From: Negaprion brevirostris
Lineage: Eukaryota
Reading direction: 5' to 3'
DNA: 64,000 nt
Assembly: GCA_030324005.1 (NCBI GenBank)
Contig: JARDVH010000124.1
Coordinates: 36,864,192-36,928,191, forward strand
The notes under the pieces were generated by a model. That model ran no database searches and was not told where the DNA came from. It saw nothing but the letters and a program-made list of their open reading frames with translations. The position numbers and the translations under genes are program-made. Below are positions 24,895-38,639 of the stretch, piece after piece (the first letter of the stretch is position 1; every line of letters begins with the position of its first letter).

Positions 24895-25365
24895 CCACTC
24901 ATTCACAGATTTTTACTTAATCTGCGCAGAATCACATCAGATGTTTTGTTTGAAAGTGAGATGCAACACATTATAATTAGTAATAATCTATCGTGTAATT
25001 GATCACGTGAAATTTATGATTAATTAATCAAAAATTAACCATTTATAATTGTTATTACAAATAAGGTCTGGATCTTCCATTTCCTGGAGGTACCTTGGAA
25101 GAGGGGCTAAGGGACCTCTCGGAAATCCCCAGACAAGAACTGAATGGGAATTGCTAGGGAGGTTTCAACTGCCCTGAATCTGGAACTTTCCGTTTCAAAG
25201 TCGGAGACTTGGGAAAATTCCGATAGTCTGAGTAGAATACTTAACAAGGAAGAGTTAGAAAGATTAAGACCTATTCTAATTCCTGGATAACTATATTGCA
25301 GGCCCCCTGACTACAAACCCTTACCCACCACCTCCTAATCTAGCTCTGCAATGAAGGCCTCCAGC

Positions 25366-25463
25366 AGCAGTAACACTGCACTATTCTCAGCAGGTCCGGA
25401 GCAGTAACACTGCACTATTCTCAGCAGGTCCGGAGCAGTAACACTGCACTATTCTCAGCAGGT
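25366..25463. repeat. Perfect tandem repeat, 34-bp unit x ~2.9
   Basis: gcagtaacactgcactattctcagcaggtccgga at 25367, 25401 and 25435 (last copy partial). Confidence 0.95.
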
Positions 25464-28400
25464 TCAGCTCAGAGGTCTGGGTGGGAAATGTGCAGCTGCA
25501 GACTGAGCTGAGTAAAAAGAGCAGATTGGCAACCTGCTATTCCATGCTGGCCTACATTGTGTTTTTAAAAAATTCTCTATGAATACATGATACTGAAGCA
25601 CTTTACTTCCTTCTTTACATGCGGAGAAAGAAAAACATAGGCAGCAAAATTATTTCCTTTAGAAGTCACCATTGATTTTTATCATTGATATTTAACGTGT
25701 AACTGGTTCCTGGTATAATGGAAAATTGGACAAGTTGCTTTTTTCAAAAGAATATCCACGTGGGTAAGGACATCATGATGCAAATTTACTAGGTTGCCTC
25801 TGGAGATTCCTGGCAGAAGAAAGTCCAACAAGGAATATCTGCAACACGTGAGATTAGACAAGCAGCTCCAGGCCAGCCTGTTGCAAAGGTATTTGCATTT
25901 CTCATTCAAATCGAAAGAGCAGCTGGAGAAGGAGTAGTTGCTAACAAGGAGCATGCCAAAAGATAAAGGAAAACCTAAGACCTCATCTGCACTGACACCA
26001 CGTCATCTGGAGATAGATGCAAGACTATTGTGGGAGTCTCAGCAAGGACAATGACAGCCACTCTGGTGACTCCATTGAATAACGCAGAAGGAAGTCAAAC
26101 ATGGGTAGGTGGAGTTGGAGAGAGACCTTTTGGCTATTGCTTACATGCCTGAAAATTCAAGATTATCTTATTAGCAGCTCATTCTGTTTGGATACTAGCT
26201 ATAACTCTCTACTATGCCATTGATATGATCATTAAATAATATAATGGCCTTGCCCATTTCTTGTTAGTGTTTCTGTTAGCAATCTATTATTTACCACGGA
26301 AGACCTGATGTAAATGGATCCTTTGCCACAAACTCTAGGTGCAGAGCAAAGCTTCCAAATGGAGACAAGTTAAATCTGTTAATGTGATTTTTGCATATCT
26401 TCCAGCTAAGTTGATGAGGAATGCATTTCCAGGATGTAATATCGGTAAGAGAGTGTAATAACAGATACAAAGGTCACTCCAAGCTAGATGGGAAAATGTA
26501 CTAAGATGTAGCAGGAAAACTAAGCATTAAAAATCCAATGGAATTAAGGGCAGAATGAATTCTTAAATGCCAGAGAATGCATAGCTGTCAAAAGATCCAA
26601 AACCCATGAGAATAAGCCAGGTAAAGCATATGGTGGTCTAGTCTGAGTAAACAGTTTGCTCAAATCATGAGGAGCTATCAGAAGGAAAAGAAAAATGTCT
26701 GAATGATGATTCCTCCTGCATCATGACCTTGGCTATAGGTCAAAACTGCCCTATCCTAAATGAAAAGAGACTATTGTATTTATCCTGGCTGAAAGAAGTA
26801 TATTAAGTTCAAGGGAAATGTGCATGGTTACATGAGGGAAGGGGGAAAGATGTTATCTATAAAAGATGTACAGTAAAAATTAGATTTCTAAATTTAGTTC
26901 TCCTAAGGTATCATGGTATGCCACTGGCAAATGGCTAATCAACAGGATTTGTTCATGGCAAATAAGTGGTAGCTACTTTCACAATATTGCCACCAAATCT
27001 CTATCTGGCAAGCAAGCGGAAAAGGAGGAGAGGTACAAATTCCACCAAGTGAAAGTTACTAATTGTACCTCCTACAGGATGTTTAAGAATATGACTGAAT
27101 TTTAATAGCAGGCAAAAACACTAGAAGAGTCAAATAACAAAGCCTCAGCATCTTAACCATATGTAATCCGAATACCTGTTGAAACTGCCATTATCTTTCC
27201 TGTATCACCATGGCAATGGGAAAAGAGAGACCCACAAGTATGGGTGGGGCTGGATGGAGGGATGATCTTATAGCCAATGCAAAGAGAATTCAAGCTCTGG
27301 AGTTAGTTCAACTGTTATGTTGGCTGAGGTACATGGTAGCAGAGATCTTGTGAAAGGGTGTAATATGTATACCCACAAAAATACACAGTCTCAGAAGAGG
27401 GTGCATTCATCAAACAATTCTTAGAGCCAGGGGTACCTTGTTTTGATATGAGATTTTTTCGTTAAGTATTGTACATGTAGTAAGTAAAGACCAGAAGGGG
27501 GAGTGTTGAGTAAGTGCACATGGAGGAAGTGTCAGAGCAGAGCAACAGGGGACTGGTTACAAGAACACAACTGTGGGGCCAGGTAGAATTTGTAAGATAA
27601 GATATAAAATGCTGCTATTGGTGTTTTGTGTCTGAGTCAATTATAATAGGATTTTATTTCAACAAAACATTGATTTTGAACTTCATTCCAGTCACAATAA
27701 CTTTGAGAATTTCCCTTAAGCACTGGAAAATGAACCCCCTGCCCTTCATGTGCAAAATTAGCTTGCTATACTGTAAATATCTCAACTTTTAAAATGTAAT
27801 TTTAAAAATCTTACAAAACGCTTGACAAGAAACGATCGCCGTTCAAGTGAAGATGCCAGAACAGCAAGGTGGATTTAACCTCTATATACTTTGACACTGC
27901 AGCAGTTTGGTTAGACTAGAGCTGCATATGCGTATGTTAGCATATTTTAGCCCAACTTACTTTTGTTGTTATCTTTTTCTTTAATCTGCTGTGAAACTTG
28001 AGAGTGGCAATAATTCTGGGTTGTTTGCAGAATGTATTTTACAGGGTCATTAAGTTGATATAAGTAATGAAATGTTTGAATTTATATTTTTATGATGAGA
28101 AATAAAGTAATTGGGATTATGCATTGGGGCAATGTAAATATGGTTATAAAATACAGTTACCAATTTGCGGCGAGATAATTATTTTTCCTTCGTACATGTA
28201 TCAATATTCTATAACTAGTCAGTGTAGAATAGATGCAGATATTTTCAGTTGGGCTTACAGACAAAACTGTGGCTTAAAATAAATTATTTTTCTATTTATT
28301 AAATATAAACCCTCTAAAGTACCTCAAGATAATGAGATGATGGTATTGGTTACTGAATAATTCCAGAAAATAGAATGAATAATAAAAATATAAGCTTAAT

Positions 28401-29603
28401 TGCTATGAGAAATCCCCGTGGGCTCCAATTTGTATATTTGGCCTTTGCATTATGGTAAGTGGTGAACTTTAATGCAATTAGTGATGAAGATAATAGATTT
28501 AATATAAAAGCTTTATGATCCATTTAAAGGTTGAAGTAATTTACTGCAACTGATTTCAATGCACAATGTTTTCCCGATTCGATTCTCTTTCTCTTTGGAT
28601 ATATTTCTACCTTTTTTATGAAGGCGTTGATTAGCCAAAGCGTAAGCCAACGTTATCATTCATGACTCAGAGTACACCCTTAATTTTGGGGCTATTAGAA
28701 GAACAAAAGTATTCACGTAAAAGATAGGCACATCATCATTAAAAGCAAAAGGTTGCCCCCATCGAATGTTTGTTTAGAAGTTTCAATAAAGAAAAACTGG
28801 ATTGCCTTCGAACTGAAAGAATGCTTGGGTACAATGTAGCAGCCGACACATGATGCAATATTACACAAAAACAAATATATTTTGGCCTTTACTTTATTAG
28901 CTGAAATATGAGCAAATTATTTTCGCTATTGGTGATTCACTAACTGTTTTAAAATGTCTCTGAAGCTTGTGTAAAACATTGCCAGCTCCGAGCGCGTTGT
29001 GCAATAAACTGAGTTCATTCTTATCTAGGACATTGTTCTATTTGTGTAAGGGTATGATTAAATGTCTTAGTGATGATTAGGCTATTTGATTGCTAAAATA
29101 ATTGGTTGGCACAGTTCTAGTTAGACTCAATAAGTAAAATTATTTAAACAAGATGAGTAACTTAAAAGAACTTTATCATCAAATAGATTCAAGTGAATTA
29201 TGACAAAAACTTTTGTGTTTGTAGAGGGGCAGTGTTGTACAGATTATATCGGTGCAGTATTATACAATTCATAGGAACACGCTTCTTAATACTATTAAAT
29301 TTCCATTGATGTACATAGTGCGCAAATACTAAGCAAATACATTAAACGTCATAAATGAAAATAGCCCTGAATAACCATATCTGAGTGCTGTTAACAATGT
29401 GCCACATTGATTCACATTAGTATGGTATCTGTTCTATTTCTTTGAGTGCTAACTCCTCTTTGATGGGAATCAGTTTAACTGAGTTTAATCAAATATGTAC
29501 TTTCAATAAATATATCTGATAAAAATTTGGCCTGACTTTGAAGGTTTTCAATGGTCAGACTAAGATCTAAACACTCCCCAGCATATATGCAATGTTTGTT
29601 TAA

Positions 29604-29920
29604 GGACAGCACAGTGGTTAGTGCTGCTGCTTCACAGTGCCAGGGACCTGGGTTCAATTCCAATCTTGGGTGACAGTGTGGAGTTTGCACATTATCCCCA
29701 TGTATGCATGGGTTTCCTCCACGTGGCTCTGTTTTTCCTCCCACAGTGCAGAAATGTATAGATTAGGTTGATTAGCCATGCTAAATTGCCTGTTAGTGTC
29801 AGGGGCATCAGCAGGGTACCTACTGTTAGAAGATGGGGCTTGGTGAGATTGTTGTCAGTATGGGCTCAATGGGCTGAATGGCCTCCTTCTGCACAATAGG
29901 GGGATTCCATGATTCTATGA
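29604..29920 (+). mobile_element. Full-length HE1-type V-SINE
   Basis: gcacagtggttag A box, ggttcaattcc B box, V core, gattccatgattctatga tail. Confidence 0.9.
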
Positions 29921-32900
29921 AACCATAGCCTTCGTCCCCATACTGCATGTGAGTTGGTCCTGCACAGTTTTCAATCATTCCAGAAATGACTCATGCTTCT
30001 GTGGGGAAGGGTGAGCAAGGAGCTCCCATATACAATGTATGGAAGTTTTACAACTACATTTAATTTGGGGGTTGTGCTCTGCTATGTTTGTTGGCCCCAC
30101 CAACAAACCAGGTGTGAGGAAAGATGTCAGGACGCAATTTGCTAAACAATTTAAAAGGATGCTCGTTCTCTGTTAAATCTATATGGAGCTTTCAGATTCC
30201 TTTTCCTGCAGAAAAATTTAGATGTATTTTGTGACGCCAGTTTATANNNNNNNNNNTTGTTGCTTGATGAGATGAAAGTGAGTGGCAGTATATCATTTTC
30301 AAGGTATTTATCTTTACTCTGCCCAGTACTAGCCCTTGAGGCATCTGATCACCAAAGAAAATTGGGGAGAGAGCAAGGATCCGGGTGTACGATCAATGGT
30401 GAGCAAGTGGCCTACCCAAGTTCAGGAGGCACTTGAGGAAAGATGAGAGAGTTATGCAAGTACAGAAGAGGTAAAGACAGAGTCCACAAACTCAATTGTG
30501 AGACCATGCTAACAACTCCCTTTGCAGCCATGCAAAGTGAAGAACTTAAACTAGTTCATAGTAGATGCATACAATACCCTGACATCTCTTCCACCTCTCT
30601 CAAACTTGTTGCACCGTCATGTGCACAACTGAATCAGAAAACCTCATGGCTCTCCAGACTCATTATTACTCCTCGACACTTTCCAACAATTTAATAATGT
30701 TTACTGTCCATTTGATCAGAATGGATGAACCTCCATTTTAAAGTACTGTTTTTTAGGAACCAAATTTGCTCCCTGTTAATATGCAAACAGCTTTTGGTAA
30801 AAACATTTTTCACAGGTTGCTGTTCTAAATTGTGCTGATGAGGTGTGACCCTGAAACTTGAGCCATCCCCTGCTCAACTCCAGTGATTGGTATTAATTTT
30901 GTCCGCCCACCACCAAGTCTAAATACCTCACTAAGTAAATAGAAGTTGTTTCTCTTGTTGAGTTTGCTGCACTGTAATGGATTGTAGGTTTCAAATGACC
31001 CATGCGTTGCAATTTGGATACTTGCATATTTATGACTCCTGGACTGACTGTCCTGTCTGTTGGAATTAGATTGACAATTTAGGGATAGTTTGTCATGGGC
31101 AGCTTTGTGCCATGGTGTTGTATCTAATGTGAATTAGTTGGAGGCTATCTAATCTCAATTTACGTTAGATCCAACGAGTCTGTTGGGTGATTATCTCCTG
31201 CGCTTCAAACAGGTGCATGGCCTCTGTGTCCATTCACTGTATCCGTCAACTCCCGGCAAAACAAATGTACCTGATAACAAGGAAAATAGCAAGGAGAAAA
31301 GCAGTAAAGAAAATAGACCCTCAGGGGCAACCAACAGTGTATCTGATTAAGCAGTGAGACTTAAGGGTTGCTAGATATGCAAGACTGAGAAGGAGGGTAA
31401 ATTAGAACGGGTGACTATAATGTTAAATGATTACGATGGAGGGAAAAACAAGTGGCAGAGAGAAAACAAATGTTAGAACTTAAAATTTGACCTATTTAAA
31501 ATTACCCTGAGAAGTTCCAGACCTGAGAGAATAAGGTGCCAAACATAATTAACTTTTTTGTACCAGAGAGATTGATTGGCATTAATTAAGAATTATCACA
31601 TTATTAAATGAGTACTGGCACTACTAATTATGAGATCCAAATATTTGCAACAGGTTTACTCTCTATCTATCACATAAACATAGCACCCTCTCAACATTCA
31701 ATGGTGAAGCTGATAGTGAGATGTTGTTTTGGGAGCAGCCCGATGCGGGATTTGATTTTAACTGCATGTCTGCCCCTGACATGAAGTTATTGAACAACAT
31801 TTTGGTGGAGCTTTGTGCAGATTTTGAAAGTGTCACAGCAGTTAGTTGTAATGTGTCTGCTGCTAGAATACTTTAATGGATTTTGGAAGTTCATGGATTT
31901 GAACCGAAGTTATGAGTTTGTACTGAAGCTATGTATTTGCATTGAGGCTATACTGTCCTAGTTCACTGTAGTGTATTGAAGGGAGTGACCCACAGGTTTT
32001 TTTCTGAAGACCCTGGCAAGAAAGAAATTAATTGTTGAAATGTTTTTTTATTTAATTTTGCTGTGGAAAAATAATTGATATAAGGTAATGTGATACATTG
32101 CATTATATATATTCTAAATGATAAATTCAAGTATTTTCCAAACTATGCTTCTAAATTAAGGCAATTATTTCATTGACTCTATGGAGTTAATGATGTTACG
32201 TGCTGTCACAGAATCATTATGACACACCAGTGAAGATTTGATGGGTCGGATGGCTTTTTTGGGTGCTGCAGTCTTCTGTTACTTTGTGCGCACATTTTGG
32301 CAATATGTCTAGGCCAGTTAACAGCTAAGACAGATAAAACAATCTAATTTAAATTCTCTTTCAAAAGGTAGCAATATGTAATTTTGCTGCTTTGTCCTTT
32401 GGCCTAATTTATAGGTTAGATAACATTTTAGAAATTAACAACACATGTTTCAAAATTAGACCAAGTGAGCACAATGGGAGTGAAGTTTACCAGGGGAGAA
32501 AAAATAAACTGGGTCAACCATAAGGATAGTAATTAAGTCTTACCCAGTCCTATCAGCAATAACTTGTATTTTCCAACTTCTCCAACCTCTTGAAAAGGAA
32601 ATGTTTCTAATGATATCAGACATAAATCATCAGCAAATCAGGAATTCATAGATACCAACTGGGTGCAGTATTGTTTGTTTGATTTGTTTCATATGGTGTT
32701 CTGCACTGTTAGCGTGTGCCCTCCCTTTCATACTGAAGACCCATCGACGTTTTATAGTTGTGGAAGAGAGGTTGGATAATTCACTAATTCACCAAAACAT
32801 CAATGTACTGCAGCATGCTGTAGTACTTTAATGTAAATGGTCAAAGGATGTTGTCTAGGTTTAAATAATGTTGATGCCTGTCGAGCAATATCAAAGACGA

Positions 32901-33833
32901 TGTTAGATCAATGTCAGCAGCAAGTTATTCAAATCTCTGACAGAGTTTGGAAGCTGCATGCTGACAATTCTATCTTTTATAAATCATTTCTGTTGTGATC
33001 TATATGGCTGAAAAAGCAATAGTAATCAAACTCAGGGAACAATTCACGCTCCTCGAATAACAAACAGTGAAATACATTGCAGCACCTGTTGGCTATACAG
33101 AATTTAATTAGTTGAGTATGTGTACAGCAATCCAAATAGTCAATGAAACCACAGGTAACATCTTTGCAACATATGTCGATAAATAAATTTTATTAATCAT
33201 GTTTCTTCTTTATTCATGGTGAACGCAAACAAAACTATGCTATTTTCAGTGATGTTGTTCACGTAGCATAGAATTTAATGCCTTCCAAATTCCTCCCACC
33301 CCCGAAATCTCTCGTTTTGCTCTACTAAGTGGCGGAGGAAGCAGCTTCAGAGGTAGTTCCACCAGGAGGCTGACAGAGGTTGGTCATTTCAAGTAGGTGA
33401 TGGAATTCAAGTGGTGGGATCATGGTCACATAGGTGCTTCATTCTTGGACTAATCAGATTGTTGTCTTCTATGATGCTTTTCCTGGTTGGCTGTCAGCTG
33501 TGATGTAGAAATGCCAGCGGTGGGCTGGGGTAAACACAGTGGGTGTTGTGACACTTCTTACTGTGGCTGTCAGCTAGCCAGCCTCTCCCTTTGGTACTGC
33601 CTGCTGTAGGCATTACAATGTTAACAGCTGGAGCCTCTCCACTGTCGCAATGTTTCCTCCTGCTCCTGAGGTTGTTGGAATATTGGATGTATGTGGCCCA
33701 CAGGTATTCCAGCAACTGAACTGTGTGAAGAAGGCAGACAGTGAGATGAGAAGATGTGTATCCATGAATTTCACCCATAGAACTGACGAGCAGTGAGATT
33801 TTCAGCACCTTCCATTGTTCTCAATGAAAACTC

Positions 33834-33940
33834 CACGCACTTGCACCACCCGCACAGACACGTGCACATGCATGCACATGAATCACACACTACGCTACAT
33901 GCGCACATTCACATATGCACACACACAAACACACACACAT
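33834..33940. repeat. Degenerate (CA)n / purine-pyrimidine alternating tract
   Basis: cacgtgcacatgcatgcacat...gcacacacacaaacacacacacat. Confidence 0.8.
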
Positions 33941-34043
33941 TTCCCACTTTCAGTCTCCAATCTTGGCACTACATGTGCTGTTGGGGGACATTTTGACAAA
34001 ATGTTGTGCCATATTAATGCTAGAACCCAGTATCCTCCTCCCT

Positions 34044-34339
34044 GGATGGCATGGAGGTTAACGCTGCTGCCCCACAACACCAGTGACCTGGTTCAGTTCT
34101 GGCCTTGGGTGACTGTTTGTGTGGTGTTTGCACATTCTCCCTGTAACCGCGGGCGTTTCCTCCGGGTGCTCCAGTTTCCTCCCACACTCCAAAGATGTAT
34201 GGATTAATTTGACTGACCATGTTAAATTGCCCCTTAGTAACAGGAGGACTAGCAGGATAAATTCATAGGGTTACAGTGGGATTATTGTCAGTGGCTCGAT
34301 GGGCTGAATGGCCTCCTTCTGCACTGTAGGGATTCTGTG
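34044..34339 (+). mobile_element. HE1-type V-SINE
   Basis: Head, V core and tail ggcctccttctgcactgtagggattct. Confidence 0.88.
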
Positions 34340-34994
34340 CTGTCACCTTCATGATTGTTCCCATCACTCTTGACCCTCCCAACATCACTTTGTGCCTTTC
34401 TTCTATAACCCTTCAACCCCTGCCGGTTACTCTGAATTCGTTTGGAAATTCCATCTCTTCCCACTGAGGCTACACTCCTCTCTCAACATTCCCCCTCTGG
34501 TCCTATACCCACACCGCGTCATCCTTAGAATTTCCATTAGAACCCAGGATGCACTGGTTGAGGTTGAGGAAGTCTTGTAGTATGGCCCTTCAAACCTGAA
34601 GACAATATACTGAGAGGACCCAGAGCCCCAAGGGGGCATGAATTGCAGAACTCTTTCAGGTCTCACACTCGGACTTTCCCAGCATTCGGCTGCACAACTT
34701 GCCACAGGATAACATGCCTTGCAGCCCCGCTCATTTCTCTGACTGCTGGCACCTCAATCTCTAACACTCACACCTTCACCCTATTTCCCCCTCGTACCTA
34801 TGCTTCATAGTAAACCTCCACAAAAGTTGCCCTTCCCTTCCCTGCGCACAGACCACTGAGCTAAGTTCTCACAGCTGTCTGATTTCTGTCCTTGCTGGAG
34901 AAGAGTGCATATGACTCGGAGAGAGGTAGAGACCTGGAGTTGAGTGGTGGGTGTGCAAGATGGTCCTCCCGTGATAGGCACTTAATGTTTCTTT

Positions 34995-35290
34995 TTTAAA
35001 GTTTATTTTTTGGTGTCACAAGTAGGCTTACATTAACACTGCAATGAAGTTAGTGTGAAAAATCCCCTAGTTGCCACACTCTGGTGCCTGTTCGGGTACA
35101 CTGAGGGGGAATTTAGCATGTCCAATGTGCCTAACCAGCACACCTTTTGGACTGTGGGAGGAAATTGGAGCACCCAGAGGAATCCCACGCAGACACAGGA
35201 GAACACACAGAGTCTGCACAGGCCGGGAATCAAACTTGGGTTCCTGTCACCGTGAGGCAGCAGTGCTAACCAGTGTGCTACCGTGCTGTC
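34995..35290 (-). mobile_element. V-SINE with type B tail, full length
   Basis: gtcacaagtaggcttacattaacactgcaatgaagtt...ggcagcagtgctaaccagtgtgctaccgtgctgtcc. Confidence 0.88.
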
Positions 35291-38200
35291 CAGTCGGCTC
35301 TGGTAATGTATTTATCTGGCTCACTGGGGAAGAAGTCTTGCTTCAGAAGGCAGTAATATCAGCAACAAGCTGCCATCTAAGCCTGAGTCCCCTGAAGCAT
35401 TGCTGACCAAACTTCAAGAGAGCTGATTGACTGCATGGAGGGGAAGTGTTGGAGGGGCTCTCTCCTCCTTCCAGATGTATATCAGTTTTCAGTACCACCT
35501 TCCTTCCTTCTGGATGGGGAGCTGTTTGAGTGTGTGTTGCTGCTGCTGTTGCCCATTCTGCGCTGGCCGTTGGTGTGGCCTCTGCTCCTTCCCCTCAGCA
35601 GAGGTGGAAGGTGCTCCCGTACTATGTTGAAGCTGGCAGCAGAGAAATGCAGCCAAAGGTGAAGTGCTCGACAGATGAAGACCAGATTTCTCCCAACCCA
35701 CCCACCACCGCAATTATCGCGGACGGGTTGCAGACAATGTGAAGACCCATTAACAAATGAGTAGGAATTTCCGGCTTTTAGACCAGTACAGCTGAAGAAT
35801 TCCACTGAAAGTGTCTTCCTAGGAGTTGGCAATCAAGCAATGAAAGCATCGTAGGAGGGAAGGAGTGCTTTGAAACAACAGGCTCCCAATGGCCAAGGCT
35901 GGAACTTTCCAGTGCAATTGACAAATGATTTCCCAGCTTGTCAGTTTCCCTGAAGGAACTCTTCCTTCTCCACACTCATCTCAATGATCTCAGTGAATTG
36001 CTGACAGCTCAGGAAACGTGTTCCAAGACTGAGAAATCCAGCTTTTAAAGCTACACCAGCTCATAATTGAGTTCTTAACAGAACAGGCTGCTAATCACTT
36101 AGCCAATAGATCAAAGAGAGTTTTCCCACTCACCTTCAAAGCCAAACGGAGATGGCGGGGGGAGTAAGAAGATGATGGCGCTCATGTCAGTATCATGGCT
36201 CAAACATCACTCCCCAGGACTTTCCCACCCCAAGCTTGCCCTAAGCCCACCTCCAACAGCCTGGGACAGTTCAGTCCTCTGAGCTGAACTCCTCACACAT
36301 AGATCTGTATACTAGGCTCAACGTGAGGAACTGTAAGCCAAAATTGAGGCAGGTATCTGGCCGACACAGGTCTTTGCTATACAAAGTTTGACTTGCGCTG
36401 GTGCATTTGTGCATTCCCATAAAACATGGATGCAAGAAAATCCTTCATTGTAAGCAAAAAAAAAGTCTTCTTAGCCAACTATTGTTGAACTGCACCTGAA
36501 GTCACCATATCATCATCAACAGCTAAAAACATAAATTTTGTTAATCAAGTCTTATTGCTGGCATGGTAGATGAATGATTGATTCTAATTTCTATTGCTGC
36601 GTTAGACTGTAAGACAATAGAATGGTGGGGGAAAATGTGCCAGTCGTGCTGCACTCTGTGGGATATTTCATATCTAACATACAATATCCTACATTCATCA
36701 GGGAGTGGTTTAACAACACATCTAACAATTGTAAGGCCTGTAGAAGAGGATGATTCAAAATTTACAAAGCGTGCAATAAATCAGTGTCCCCAAGGACAGA
36801 TGAAACAATTGAGATAAGCAACGTTTGTAAAAATGACTTTACCTCAATGATGTATTCATCTTAATGATGCTCACTTTGCTAATCCAAGAGGCAGATAATG
36901 TGTTCCACTAGACCAGGTCTGGTTTAATCTGCTTGATAAATACACCAAACAATTTTCACAGTGACACATTTGCCTGCTGTACATCAGGCGCTTTGAGGGA
37001 AAAACTCAAAATGCCGTCATCTATTGACTTATTTGTGATCTTAAAGCTTTGGTGCATGTAAGCCATAAGAATAATCGTGCTGACTGATCAGTATTAACAC
37101 TGACATCCACTAAAGCTTTACAAACAGCTGGTCGCCTGGGTTGGAGATTGTCTCTGGAGGTTAATTCTTTATTGTAGTCTTATTCATAATCAGAATTAAC
37201 ACGCATCTCACAATTGACATCACGGTATGCATTGTGATATGGTTTGCCTCAGTAAATTGGCAAAAATGCTTATTTAATCTAGCACGCGGTTGGAGTCTAC
37301 TATTATCTGTCACCAGCTGATGTTGCAGTATGTCATGTTGCAGTGGCACTGACTTTGTAAAAATTCTCAGCTGCAAATTCTTATGAATCAAGTGTTTGTG
37401 ACCAGTTTTTGATCAGGTTATTTCTTGCTAAACTCCATTAGGGAAGCCATTCGGAGGCAAAATAAAAATATCCATGACTTATTCTGAATTTAAGGGTTAA
37501 CAGGCAACAGACAAAAAACCCCTTTTATTTGCCTTTGGTAATAAAACTTTTCCTGTCATGATCATAAATTTATATACTGCTACCAGCTAGAAGCTTGGAC
37601 ATAACTCATTTAGGAACCACAAAAGGAAGAAAACATTTAAATAAAAACAGCAATCAGTTTTGAGTGGGGTGATTGTAAATGAGACTTAAACACTTTCAAT
37701 GTATGATATAGATCTTGCCCTTGTATAGATTTTATCCTTGTATTCCTCTTAATCAACTTTTCTTCCCTTTTGGTAGGTTTTTGCATCTACTGGGTTCCAA
37801 AAAGGTCGAGGACTGTGGAATCCTCCACTGCTTCTTAATCAATAGGAAGTGTTTGTCTCCACATGGGAAGAGTGAGCTGTTGCTGTCTCCTGTCATTTTC
37901 AGTCAGGCTGGGGACATTTGGTATCCAATTCCAAACTCATGCGCCGCATGTACTGAGGCGTAAAATGGGTGGCTATAATAAGTGAAACATCCTGGAAGAA
38001 GTGGAATTCTCTCAAATGTACTGCTGCAAATCCTGTTCATTCTGGTGGGCTCTGATTTGTGCTGAGGTTGCAGCCCGCTGATTACTGTAGAATCTTACAG
38101 CCCATTGCTCAATATGTTTTGTGGTAAGGCTATCTAATTAACTCCTTTGACACACAGTGGTTCCCTGCAACCATGCAAACATTTCCTTTTCAAGTATTAT

Positions 38201-38342
38201 ATTTTATATGTTAGAAACNNNNNNNNNNNNNNNNNNNNNNNNNNNNNNNNNNNNNNNNNNNNNNNNNNNNNNNNNNNNNNNNNNNNNNNNNNNNNNNNNN
38301 NNNNNNNNNNNNNNNNNNTCAAGTATTATATTTTCTATGTTA

Positions 38343-38639
38343 GAAACATAGAATCCTACAATGCAGAAGGAGGCCATTCAGTGTATCAAGCCTGCACCAA
38401 TAACAATCCCACCCAGGCCCTATCCCCACAATGTCACATGTTTACCCTACTAAACCCCCTGACACTTAAGGTCAATCAACCTAACTTGCACATCTTTGGA
38501 CTGTCAGAGGAAATCAGAGCACCCAGAGGAAACCCACACAGACATGGGGAGAATGTACAAACTCCAGACAGTGACCCAAAGCCAGAATTGAACCCGGATC
38601 CCTGGTGCTATGAGGCAGCAGTGCTCGCCAATGTGCCAT
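38343..38639 (-). mobile_element. HE1-type V-SINE, followed by a Deu-SINE tail fragment (38640-38710, + strand)
   Basis: catagaatcctacaatgcagaaggaggccattc...gaggcagcagtgct, then ttcaaaa...gctgtaaagctctttggga...gaaaggcactatat. Confidence 0.85.

Noticed and set aside
25366-25463. CRISPR-like array (34-bp repeats)
   Set aside because: Head-to-tail units without spacers in a vertebrate context; it is a minisatellite.
25690-27600. Purine-rich stretch resembling decayed retroelement coding sequence
   Set aside because: No diagnostic motif could be reconstructed.
33494-33808. Possible Harbinger catalytic-region remnant (GWLADS)
   Set aside because: Similarity is too short to support without an alignment.
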